Source: Phoronis australis
Taxonomy: Eukaryota > Animalia > Phoronida
DNA: 64,000 nucleotides
Direction: 5' to 3'
Assembly (NCBI GenBank): GCA_002633005.1
Contig: NMRA01000255.1
Coordinates: 317,937 to 381,936, forward strand
Shown here piece by piece: positions 13,288-24,400 of the stretch. The position numbers and the translations under genes were made by a program. The notes beneath the pieces are model-generated. The model ran no database searches, was not told where the DNA came from, and worked only from the letters and a program-made list of their open reading frames with translations. Within the stretch, counting starts at the first letter, position 1. Every line of letters starts with the position of its first letter.

Positions 13288-13357
13288 AACCGAGGCCGGA
13301 TTCGAACCCGGGCTTCAACAGTTGCGAGTCGCCGACTTTACCACTACACCACTCAGC
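13288..13357 (-). pseudogene. tRNA-derived relic (SINE head or pseudo-tRNA, nominal anticodon CGC)
   Basis: Minus strand has an A box TGGTGTAGTGG, a B box GGTTCGAATCC and an acceptor-like stem GCTGAG/CTCGGT; the anticodon stem pairs poorly. Confidence 0.6.
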
Positions 13358-13904
13358 GGCTGACGTCATCGAACGTGAAAATAAAATACTTAAATGAGCA
13401 CGCGCAACAATCGCCTGTTCAGCAAAGGGTATTACACCGACATTTATACGCTATAAAAAAATAAGACGCATAATTTCCATAAAAACAATATTTTAATTCA
13501 GTGAAATTTTTCTCTCGTGTTCTTTCACTTGTAAATCACCGATCTCCAATTTGAATGCGGGTATCGTGTCGTCGGGATCCTTTGACTTGAGCATTATAGT
13601 CAGTTACTAGTGGTAACCTACTTTAGCAGTCGATATTTTCCCAGTCGAAGCTTAGCGTGATAAAATGTGTAGTAAGCTATAACAGTTGCTAAACCTTAAT
13701 TTATAGATTTACTTTATTTCTATTTTGTTTTATTTTTCAATTGGTTTTGAATAAAAGCATTATTTTACAAAAAATAGTTGGGCTTTTCTTAAAAGGTCAT
13801 GACTTCTGACCCTGGGCCTCTGACCTAGAAAGTTACAAAGCTGTGGAGAGTCGAGAAAGGTACATCGATTGTTTGCAATGTTTCTTGTCTAGTGTGTGGT
13901 ATAA

Positions 13905-14043
13905 ATAGATTATTACATGTTCTCAGTCGTGGATTTTGTAGAATTATCACCCTCGGGGCTAATGCCCCTCAGGTGATAATTCTCCAAAATCTACTCTGGC
14001 TCTAGATAACGGGGGATAACGATTTCGCCATGTAATAATCTAT
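13905..14043. mobile_element. Short palindromic MITE-like element
   Basis: 15-bp terminal inverted repeat ATAGATTATTACATG/CATGTAATAATCTAT with a long internal hairpin (GAATTATCACC...GGTGATAATTC). Confidence 0.6.
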
Positions 14044-14478
14044 ATGTATCACATGATGTGTAGCATGAGCTTGTAGCGCTTGATGAAAAAATTCATCTAC
14101 GTACAAAAAATTTGATCCAAGATTAACATGGATGTAACAACATATGAAATTTCTTTAAAGCCCTTATTCTACTATCTAGGTTTTGTTTAGTATTTGATAG
14201 TGTCAAAATTATTATTAATAAGCCAGGTTATAGTTTTTACCATGCATGCGTTTTATCAGAAGGTTACCCAGTTCACATCTTGTGACTGCTATAACTTTCC
14301 TTTCATATGTAGATAAGTCTTCATTATATGGGTTATCAATCAGATGTTATTGTCCAGGCCCGCTGACTCATTGCCAATTGACTGGCTGTGTAATGTTGAA
14401 TGTTGATTATCTCAGTGCCAGTGGTTATTATGATAAAACATCAACAATTGCTAACAAAAGTAATTGCCAAATTGCCTC

Positions 14479-15690
14479 TTTTTATGCGCCCACATATTTA
14501 TATGTGGACCCATTATGCCGTCATCTCCTTCCGTCTGTCCGTCCGTCTGGTGTCTGTCCAGCGTCCGCTGCTGTATCTCCAAACCCTTTGACTTACGTTC
14601 ATAAAATTTGGCACATATGTTCCATTTATGAATGGGACGGCATGAGCGAAATTTCGGACGGATCCGACTACTGGTCTGCCCCTTAGTGGCAATTTTATTT
14701 TTTTACACTTTCCTTTGTATCTTCAAAAGTCCTGAACGGATTTTCATGAAATTCAGTATGTAGGCACCTATTAGTGAGATGACGTTATCCTCCTGTTTTC
14801 GGATGGATTCGACGTAGTTTGCGACACCTAGTGGCCATTTTTACTGTTTTCGAGTGTTTTTGCATCCACCCCTCTATCAACCAAACCGCTCAAAGGATGA
14901 TTGTGAAAATTGGCATGTATGTGTTTACAATAAAGAGGACGGTTGACGATGATTTTCCGATGATTTCAACTACTGTGGTGCCTCCTAGTGGCAGTTTTGT
15001 TTTTTTTTGCGCCTATGGCTGTATCTCCTAAACCGTTCGCAGGATCTTTACTTAATTTAGCAAGTGTATATATATGATGTTGACTACAGATGACGACGAC
15101 TTTCGGACAGATCTGACTACTGCTGTGCCCCCTAGTGGCAATTTTAATTTTTTTACTTTAACTCAGTATCTTCAAAGTTCCTCAACAGATTTTCATAAAA
15201 CTTTAAATATAGGCATCTATTGGTGTGATGACGCTATCTATCTGTTTTTGGATGGAATCGAGGTATTTTGCACCACCTAGTGGCCGTTTTTTGCTGTTTT
15301 CAAATCTTGTTTTTGGTGTCCACCCCTGTATCAACCAAATCATTTGAAAATTGGCATATATGTTCTCAGTGTGAAGATGACAATTGATGATGTTGACTGA
15401 CTACTGTGGCGCCTCCTAGTGGTAGTTTTGTTTCGCGTCCATGGTTGTATCTCCTTAACCCACTGCAGGATCTTTACTAAATTTAATAAGTGTATTTATA
15501 TGAAGATAACAACAGACGGCGATGACTTTCAGGCGGATCCAATGGACACTGTGCCCACTAGTGGCAATTTCATTTTAATCTGTTTTCCTTTGTTTCTCTG
15601 AAGTTCCTTGACAAATTTTTATGAAATATGGCATGTTCCTGTTTTTGAATGGATTGTATGTTTTTGTGCTATCTAGTGGCCATTTTTATG
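14479..15690 (+). mobile_element. Helentron/DINE-like non-autonomous element, copy A (3' end not found), with ~145-bp internal tandem repeats
   Basis: T-run + ATGCGCCCACA with a CCACATA/TATGTGG hairpin, a (GTCC/GTCT)n microsatellite, then repeats; highly similar to 52943-54110. Confidence 0.8.
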
Positions 15691-15799
15691 ATCACGAAGA
15701 AAGAACATTAATTGGAGCGTCTTTTTCTAGACAGTTAAAAAATGGTCTGTGTTTCACCTCACAAATTTGTCGTGCCGATTTCTCTTCTGTCCTCATTTT

Positions 15800-16260
15800 A
15801 GGTCAGTCCTTCCCATCAGAAGGTCTGTCCCTCCCATCAGAAGGTCCTTCCTTCCCATCAGAAGGTCTATCCTTCCCATCAGAAGGTCGTCCCTCCCATC
15901 AGAAGGTCCGGTCCTTCCCATCAGAAGGTCTGGTCCTTCCTATTGTAAGGTCCATCCTTCCCATCAACAGGTTCCTCTCTCCGATCAGAAGGTTTGTACC
16001 TCCCATCAGAAGGTCCGGTCCTTCCCCTCAGAAGGTCTGGTCTCTCCTATCGTAAGGTCCCTCCTTCCCATCAGAGGTCCGGTCCTTCCCATTAGTAGGT
16101 GCCTCCTTCCCATCAGAGGTCCAGTCCTGCCTTCCCATCAGTAGGTCCTTCCCATCAGTAGGTCCGTCCTTCCCATCAAAAAGTCCATACTTCCTATCAA
16201 AAGGTCCATCCTTCCCATCAGAATGTCTGTCTTTCCCTTCAGAAGGCCAGTCTTTCCCAT
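15800..16260. repeat. 21-22 bp minisatellite (CCTTCCCATCAGAAGGTCCGGT), about 21 units
   Basis: Direct reading; explains the repetitive ORFs in the track. Confidence 0.9.
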
Positions 16261-18299
16261 CCATAGTCGAAGCTTTATATTGGTTGATTATGCCTTATGT
16301 TACATTTAGATGAATTGCTTGCATTTATATAATACAGGCCTTAATAATTGTAGCCTGATCAGTATAAAATGAAATTTTTCATCATATGGTCATTATCCGA
16401 AATATCTAGTACTGTTGGAAATGGAATAGTAGTTACATATTTAAATAAACCAATGTGCAAAACGTTTGTGAACCTAGTGTAGTGCTGCTGCTGGTGAATG
16501 GACATATTAATATATTTTATTTTGAAGTACCACCTTCATATTGGAAAGTGTCAAAATAGACATGGTATGATGATTCCATTTATCATCAATTTTTTTATTT
16601 TTTGTTTCTTCGCACACTGTGGGTCGTTCTCGGTATCGTTCTTTGTTGGTTTGATGGATACTTGAAGTCTGGTTTCAGATCCAGAGTTCTAGCTCCGTTG
16701 TCTTTAAGCTTTTTGTAATTTGCTATTGAAAATGTTTTTTTTTTTGTTCAGCTTGTTTTTCATTGATTTCTATAGCAGTCTTTATTTCTGAAAATATGAT
16801 TGGATGAATTCAGTATTCGTTGATTTAATGATATGGTAAAATGGTTTTGGTGTGCATTTACATATGCACAGTGCTCCATTTTTTCAGCACTATCCATTTT
16901 CACTGTGGTCATCACCATCATTGCCATTGTCATTGGCAGTGGTACTTTTGGTTGTGTTAGTGGACAGCGAGGAATTTTGGTTTGTAACAGAGTCATCTTC
17001 CTTGTTCATGTCTGTGGCTTGGATGTGGAACGATGCTGGCTGTGGTAGGATCAGCGATGTTATGCCTGCAGCTCTGGATGCACTCCTGCCTCATTGGTGG
17101 TATTTCAGTTGTTTTCATGTTTGCAATGGTGCCACTGTCATCGTCGTCATCACTGTCAATGTTGACTACAGTATTAGCACTGTCAATGCCACACTCGCTT
17201 TTGTCCCAGCATTGCTGTCGTAATTTGCAATGACGTCATCGATGATGTCTTCTCCGATGTAGGTGTTGCCGGTATCACTGGCAGCAGTGTTACTGTCATG
17301 GACTATGTTGTCATCATTGTTAATGGGTCAGCATCAGTGTCATTGAGTTTGGTGACAGTAGTATCAGTGTTTTTGTCTATACCAGAATCACCAATGTTAG
17401 CTTGGTTATTGTTGGTGTCATGCCAGTTGGTCTCATGCCAGTTGGTGTCGATGGTGTTCTTGCTTTTGTGACTGATCTCACTTATTTTAATTCAGTTGTG
17501 CCAAAGTTCGCTCCTCAAAGTACGCAATTATGCATGTTAATATTGTAATTTTGTCCCTAACCTGAGTAATAAAGGTGCTTGCAGAGGTTCCATTAAGAAT
17601 TGATATAGTGGCGCTGACCTGCTATGTAATATTCAGGCAAATACTCGGGCAGATGACGCAGGTGATGTCTACGTATGCATAAAAATTGAACTGACAGAAA
17701 TCTGGAGGCTACATATCATGAAAGCATTATGTTTTCTTAATTTTCTTGTGGCGAGAAATCTTAATCAATTACGCAGAAATTTAATATTAAACAAATTGCC
17801 TGTCTTGGTGCATGGCACACAACTTGATTGAGTGCATACCTAAATATTAGATTAGTGGGCTTCATTTAACAGAACAAGAAAGTGCATTTTAACAAGTTTT
17901 TGTTTCCCCATTTTCATCTGCTGTGTATTATAGAAAGTTTTTTTTTTCAGTTTTGATCTTTGGACACTAAAGTTACTCCAAAAATGAAATCTTTATAGAC
18001 TAGATTTGGGTGTAGATGGGACACAGATGCTGTTATACAAGACAAAGCTTGTAAATTTACTCTGCAATAAGTTATTTTGATGGGGTTGATTTAGAGCCTC
18101 TTTTATGAAAGAAAAATAAATAAAAAAATAATTTTTCTTGTCTGCCATGTTGGGTCTGAAATTGTTGAGATTTACAATAAGGTCTGCTGAGGAGTCAAAG
18201 CGGACATGGTGACTGTAAGCCTTGTTAGTACCTTCTTAGTCTGTCTTGACTCACCCATAAATATTAAGGCATCAGACCTATGGGTGTTTCTATTTTCAG

Positions 18300-18405
18300 G
18301 GCCGCGTTGTTGAACCCCTCAAAGACTTCCATAAAGATGAAGTGCGGGCAATCGGTCGTGACTTGGGCTTACCCCAGAGTTTAGTACAAAGACACCCCTT
18401 CCCAG
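18300..18405 (+). CDS. GMPS: GMPS internal exon ([16 protein letters not shown]...RHPFP)
   Basis: ttttcag acceptor, gtagat donor, phase 0/1. Confidence 0.93.
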
Positions 18406-21400
18406 GTAGATATGCTACTACATTGGACCGTTTGGTGTTTTCAACCGTCTGCCTTCATTGCCATGGGCCGCATGTCTTCAAGTATTTTGTAAAGAAGCTG
18501 TAATGAACTTGTGTTTCGTCAACAAAACAACGTTTGATTTAAACCAGTTACTACTAAAAAGTCTACTTGATGTTTTGTCATGTTGTCTTAAGATGGTCTT
18601 TGTTCAGTATCTTCAGGCAACAGTTGATTTTGGTGATCTTGATGTGTCACGTTGGGGAAAATCGTATTTTCACTATCAGAAAGGAAGCTTTTGAGTATAT
18701 TCATATTTTGTACCAAAGTTATGGTCACGTAGAATAACTTCAGGTGCCAGTCAATTCCGATGACCTTGTTTTCATTTTCAAGGTCACGGCAAAAAAACCA
18801 AGTTTGACGTGGGTAAAATGAAGGTGCGATACCTCAATTAGAAACTAAAGCTTTTAAGTTGGTTCTTACATTTCACTAAAATGTAGGTGAGGCGTCTCAA
18901 GGTGCCCTTGACCTAATTTTCGAGGTCACAGTACGGAAATTAAGTTTTGAATTGATAAACGTTGTTGGTTTGATACCTTGTAAAGAAAATTTTAGATTTT
19001 ATTCGTATTTTGTACCAAGGTATAGGTAGGGGAGCCAGACGATTTTCATTTATGGTGACCTTGACTTCATTTTCAAAGTCTCGGCCAGAAAACCATTTAT
19101 GCACTTGGTGACAAATGGAATTCTTTGTGTCTTTGTTCTTTTTATGGTCTAAACATTGTATTTTGTAGGTCCGGGTCTTGCCATTCGTGTGCTGTGTACG
19201 GAAGAGGCGTATATGTGTAAAGATTTCCAAGAGACCAGCATTATTCTGCGCATCATCACAGATTATGCAAATTCTATGAAAAAGGTAGGAAACACTTCGC
19301 CCTAGGCCAGTGGGGACTTATGCTTGACGTTTCATAGTAATGAATCTGGATTGTTATAATTGTGTTTATTTAGATTGTCATCGTTGCTGGCATTGATCAT
19401 ATTGACCACTGCCGCAGCATTTGTTAAGAGTCTGCTATCTAGGCATGAAATTTGTATGTCACTTTGCTGTGTTTTTATTATGAATCCGAGGAAATAACAT
19501 CTCCTTTATTATAGGTTTCTTGCTCTAAAATTTGAAACCATACTGAACCCAGTTTTTGTGAATTGTTTTTGGTCATTTGATGTGAAATTGTAAAATCGAT
19601 TGTTGATTGTTTTGTCCATGTGGGTTAAGTGATTTTGAAGTGGACATAAATTTATTATGTATTGGTATTAAGTTTGATTTTAATTATCATACCCATTTGG
19701 CCTAAAGCGAAGGTGATGTGAATTGAGAAATAAAAATTTAAGGGGTGAACAACAACAAGACATGGTCTGGCCACTTAACTGGAAAATTGTTTAAAATTTG
19801 TCATTCAGTGGTTAGACAGGTATTATTATTATTTTTATTGGGTATTATTCGAATCTGATATACTGTACAACTGATTAATTCAGTCTTTCATGTTGAGAGT
19901 TGTTGGGTGAAATTATCTGGTAAGATGAGTTTCTGTTTGTGAACATTTTTGTTGACAAAGAAATGTCTTGTACTGCTACAGACGTTCTGCTTAATCCAAC
20001 TGTCTGCATAAAACTGTGTGTGTGTGCTTTCTTTTGAATCAGACACCATGCAATTAATAGACTTTGCAAATGATATTGAACCATATTTATGTCGGAAACA
20101 TGAATTAGTATCACATGTTCTTATATCCAAAATATGAACATATTTGTATATTCTAGCCATCAGCGTTGCTAAGTCAGGTGAAGGCCAGTACAAGTGAAGC
20201 TGAACAGATGACATTGCAGAAGATCTCGGAGGGTGACAAGTTGGTGTCTACACTTCTCCCTATTCAAACAGTGGGTGTGCAGGTCAGTAGACTGTCGCTT
20301 CATAATGTGTACCTCTCTATTGTGGCATGAGTATGCTTCCCGAGAGGTGGAAGCTTCTGATTTTTATCCTTTATTGTCCTGTCCAAACCTAGGATTTGTC
20401 AAAGCTATGTTGAACTCTACTTTGGATGGTCAGATGTGTGCCAAGCTCAAAACAAGGTGTAGTTAAAGTGAAGTCATTTATTAAAGGCACTTTACTGACA
20501 AAAAAGCGATTTTCTAAGTGGAATTCAAGGTGCAGCCCCCGTGGCTGTGGCTGAGCTCTCTGCTTGTGGAGGTGAATCCATCTCAATAAATGGCAAAGAA
20601 TTTTGAGTGTGTTTAATTGGTAACGTTACTGACCTTGATTTCATCAAATGTGTGGCATACAACGGCGAAAATTGGCGATTTGTAATCAATACAACATCTA
20701 GTTTTTATTGCTTTTTAGCTTTGGTTAAACTAATAACTTGAAGAAGTCCATCCCATCAAAGAATAATGCCAAAAATCCGTTAAGCCAAAAATATTAATTA
20801 TAAGCTCTATTTCAACTACAGGTTAATGGTAGAGTAGAACAAGTGTTAAGTTTTCCTTATTTCACAACTTGATTTTTGTGACATGCCGTACCACTGAACC
20901 AAAATGCTCAAGCTTGCTATCTGTGTGACATGGGATGTCCCAAGGTCATTGTACTGAGGCAGTGCCTAATATATCCTTAAGCTTTTACTGACATGGTCAC
21001 AAAAATCTCGAAAGCCTGGAAAATGATATCAATGTTTTTAATGGGTGGAAGTTTCGGAAAATGACAAAGGGATAAAAATTCAGACATGACGTATATTCTC
21101 TGCATGGTCACACCACCACTATCATGGTAGGTTCACACCACCTCTGTCACAGTAGATTGATGGCATTGCCTAATCCATGTCTGTGTTGCATGTTGATACC
21201 CACAGCTGTCACTGTTTAGATTGCATATACAAACACCAGTCCTTGTCTTGCCTACATCTTACGTTCAAGATTTTGCTTTTTGGGAGTGAGAATTTTTTGA
21301 TGCTGCGAATTTGAATTTGTGATGAAAAAATTACTCTCAACCATTTCTCAGTTTTAAAAGTCTGTTGGTTAATTTTGATTTTTACATCATTTGATGAATC

Positions 21401-24400
21401 CCTACAGAGTCATGACTGTGCTTAATCTCGATTTTTCATCCAAGCACAACAGTGTGGTTTCAGTTTGATTAATTGCTTTTTGGGAAGTGGATTTTAGCTG
21501 TTAAGGGTTTGTAAAAACTGGCTTAGGGGCTGAAAAAAGCAAAAGATAAAGAAAACGCAGCCATTTGGCAAGTCATGTCATGAATTCTTATTTTCATTAT
21601 CGCGTCACAGCAGTCAGGACCTAAAAATTTATTACAAGTCTGGTTTTGTGTAAAAATAGCTCATTAAAAATGAAACACTGCAGTACGAGTGGAAAATGTG
21701 AATAAATGCAAAATCTGACTGAAAATGTTAACAGTCCCAGGAGCACTCTATTCACTGAATATGTTGGAAGGTGCTGCTAAATGCTCTTGTAATTCAAATA
21801 ACGTGCATTAGGGTAAGTTTTTGCCAGAAATGTGATGTGGTCAAGATGTCCAGGCAAATGCTGCCGTAGGGTCGTAATTTGTTGAAAATAATCCAGGTAA
21901 TTAATTTCGAGTGGAAAGTCCTTCTACAGTAAAGTACATGGTGGAATTGAAGAATATTTTACCTGTTTATTTTCATCCTGAATTTGCGCTTTACACTTGA
22001 CCGCACATCTAGTTTATTTGTATGGTGTATTATTTTGTACATTGTCACTGGCCTGATTGTACAGTACAAATGAATTAAAATAACAACACAGTCAAAAGTA
22101 TTTACAGAAGATTACTATTATAACACAAAGTGTGAAGTCTTTGCTAAGGAAATGCTCTTGCAAGCTCTTCATGAACCTCAACAAATCGGAATATGTGACA
22201 TTTTCAGTTGAAGGATAGTCTTCTACCTATGATCATTATACAATAGATATTAAATTATCTTCTAATTCACAAAAGGTTAAGATTTCTACAGAATGATTGA
22301 ATTCTTAGTTAGCGATCATCAAATCCTCTCCGACATTCAACTTTAAGGAAATGATTTGAGCATTGATTGAGTTTTATTTTTTCTGAAATCATCACATGGT
22401 GAAGACTGTTGACTATTCAGCCACTCGTAAATTCTTAATAAGTCTCAAAGAAGCATCAATATTTTCCAATCTGACGTGCACTGCTTTTCCACTCCTGAAA
22501 TCACAATCCTTTAGTAATTATTTAACAAAATTATTGGTGTTGCCAATGTTGTTCTAGCGTGACAAACAAACCTGGACTAATACAACAGCCATTTTGCATT
22601 ATTTTGTACCCCGTCTGTTCTACTACTGCCATCCAAACTGTTCAATACATCCTGACATTTTTAACATGCATTCCTCTGGCATTTCCTGCAGTTTCAGCCA
22701 ATATGTTATACATCTTATGCCATTGATGGTATTACCACGTACTCTAAAAATCTAGTTTACAAATTTAACTTCGATCTTTTCTATCGCACTAGGCTTGAAA
22801 ACCAAATCTTGGAAAGATAACAGTACTTTTTTACATATTTAGTGCACTGTATGGTCGAGCGAAATTTTATTTTAAGAAACAAAGGTTTAAAAGATTTAGT
22901 TGGTCACTAGCGTGGGTTGTACTGTGCAGATGCCATAAAGCAAAATGGGCAATACTTCCATTATTTGGAGCCAGATAATCTGCCTTTGAAAATGGTGAAA
23001 TTTCTATTTTATTTTTGCGCAAAACAAGAGGATAATAAATGAGGTAGGAACTATGACTTTATCAGAAATGTGATAAGCTGATATGAGTCATATACCATGT
23101 CACCAACTTATGAGTGAAATTGATTAATATTGAAAATCCCTTTAATTCCAATTCTCCGGCGTTTTTTGCCATGAGATGGTGATGACCAGGTGTTCCCAAG
23201 GTACATATAACAGTGATGTGGGACTAGTTAAATTTCATGTGAATTATAAAACAATTTTTGCACTTATTGAAGGGTTCGTTAACTGCATTTATCTTACTTC
23301 GTCAAATTGACAACCATTCTTAGATTATCACTGGAAGACTTGAATTTGTAAATAACTGAGCAAGTGCGAGATGTTGATCTAATCGTCAGTGTACAGATGA
23401 CAAAAATATCTTGAGATTGCTCATGGACAATACCTCACAATCCAACTTCAGTGATTCATTCAAATCATTTACTAAGTGTAGTTAAAACTGTAATGCCTCA
23501 ATTTATTTATTTAATGGCTGCAGAACCTTAAAATGTTTTGAATTATCTAGTTTATCACCAACCATGTGTTTGTAAAAATGCTGTCTTCTTATTTGCTAAT
23601 GGTATATGGTAATGAATAAACACTCTAAAACTAGTGACCCTTAGCAGTTGTCTGCAGTTAACGCTTGCTGTTTACATTTGTCAGTAGTGCATAAAAAAAG
23701 GAGATTGGTGTGTAATCTGATTAGATTTCAACCTCCCCCAAGTGTTAAGGGATTGATTAAAAATACTGGTAATCCTTATGGCATAGCATTTGTCATAATC
23801 TGATTCTGTTGTCAGAAGCTGCTGTCATTTGAAGGGCTCTGGCTAGTTAGTGATTAACCAGCCACCAGTACTGATGTAGTGGTGCTGTGATGTATTGTTG
23901 GCTTGTCAAATGGCATAGTCTAGAAACATTTTACTGATCACGGCAATCCAAGCGGATGTATAATAGCACATTTAGTAACCTATCTGTTCTTAAATTTTTT
24001 TCTAGTTCCAAATTGGTGTGCCCCCACAGCCTGATATTTTTCATTTTGGCTTGACAATTATTACCTTATTATTACTTGTGCTCCCCGTTGTGGCATCCCT
24101 CTTTTCTCTCCGCTAAATGTGGAAAATCGTTTGGATTTTTGAAGTAACTGAATAAACCAGGGAACACGGGGAATAAACATTCACCAAAGAATGACTGCAA
24201 ATCGCATCAGGGAAGACAGTTGCATCAATGCACAACAAAACATGGTGATGGTGAGGGGGGTAACAGTGAAAATAACTGAACAAACTAGGCTTGCCAATTT
24301 GGCAAGTATCAGTGGAGCAGTGCATGGTAACCATGTGGATATTAAGTGTGGCTAGAGAGGGTAGATGGTAATGACATTTGCCCACATAGTCTTGTCTAGG

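Noticed and set aside
13288-13357. Functional tRNA-Ala(CGC)
   Set aside because: Anticodon and D stems pair poorly; kept only as a tRNA-derived relic.
14246-15601. Paralogous short ORFs here and at 52885-54059
   Set aside because: Chance frames within the two Helentron-like copies; stops differ between copies.
14676-15680. CRISPR-like reading of regularly spaced short motifs
   Set aside because: Eukaryotic context; the spacers are ~130 bp and homologous to each other; no cas genes.
15621-16264. Repetitive ORFs (PSEG, PIRRS, DGKDG collagen-like)
   Set aside because: They arise from a 21/22-bp minisatellite with frame-breaking unit lengths; no true Gly-X-Y period or splice context.
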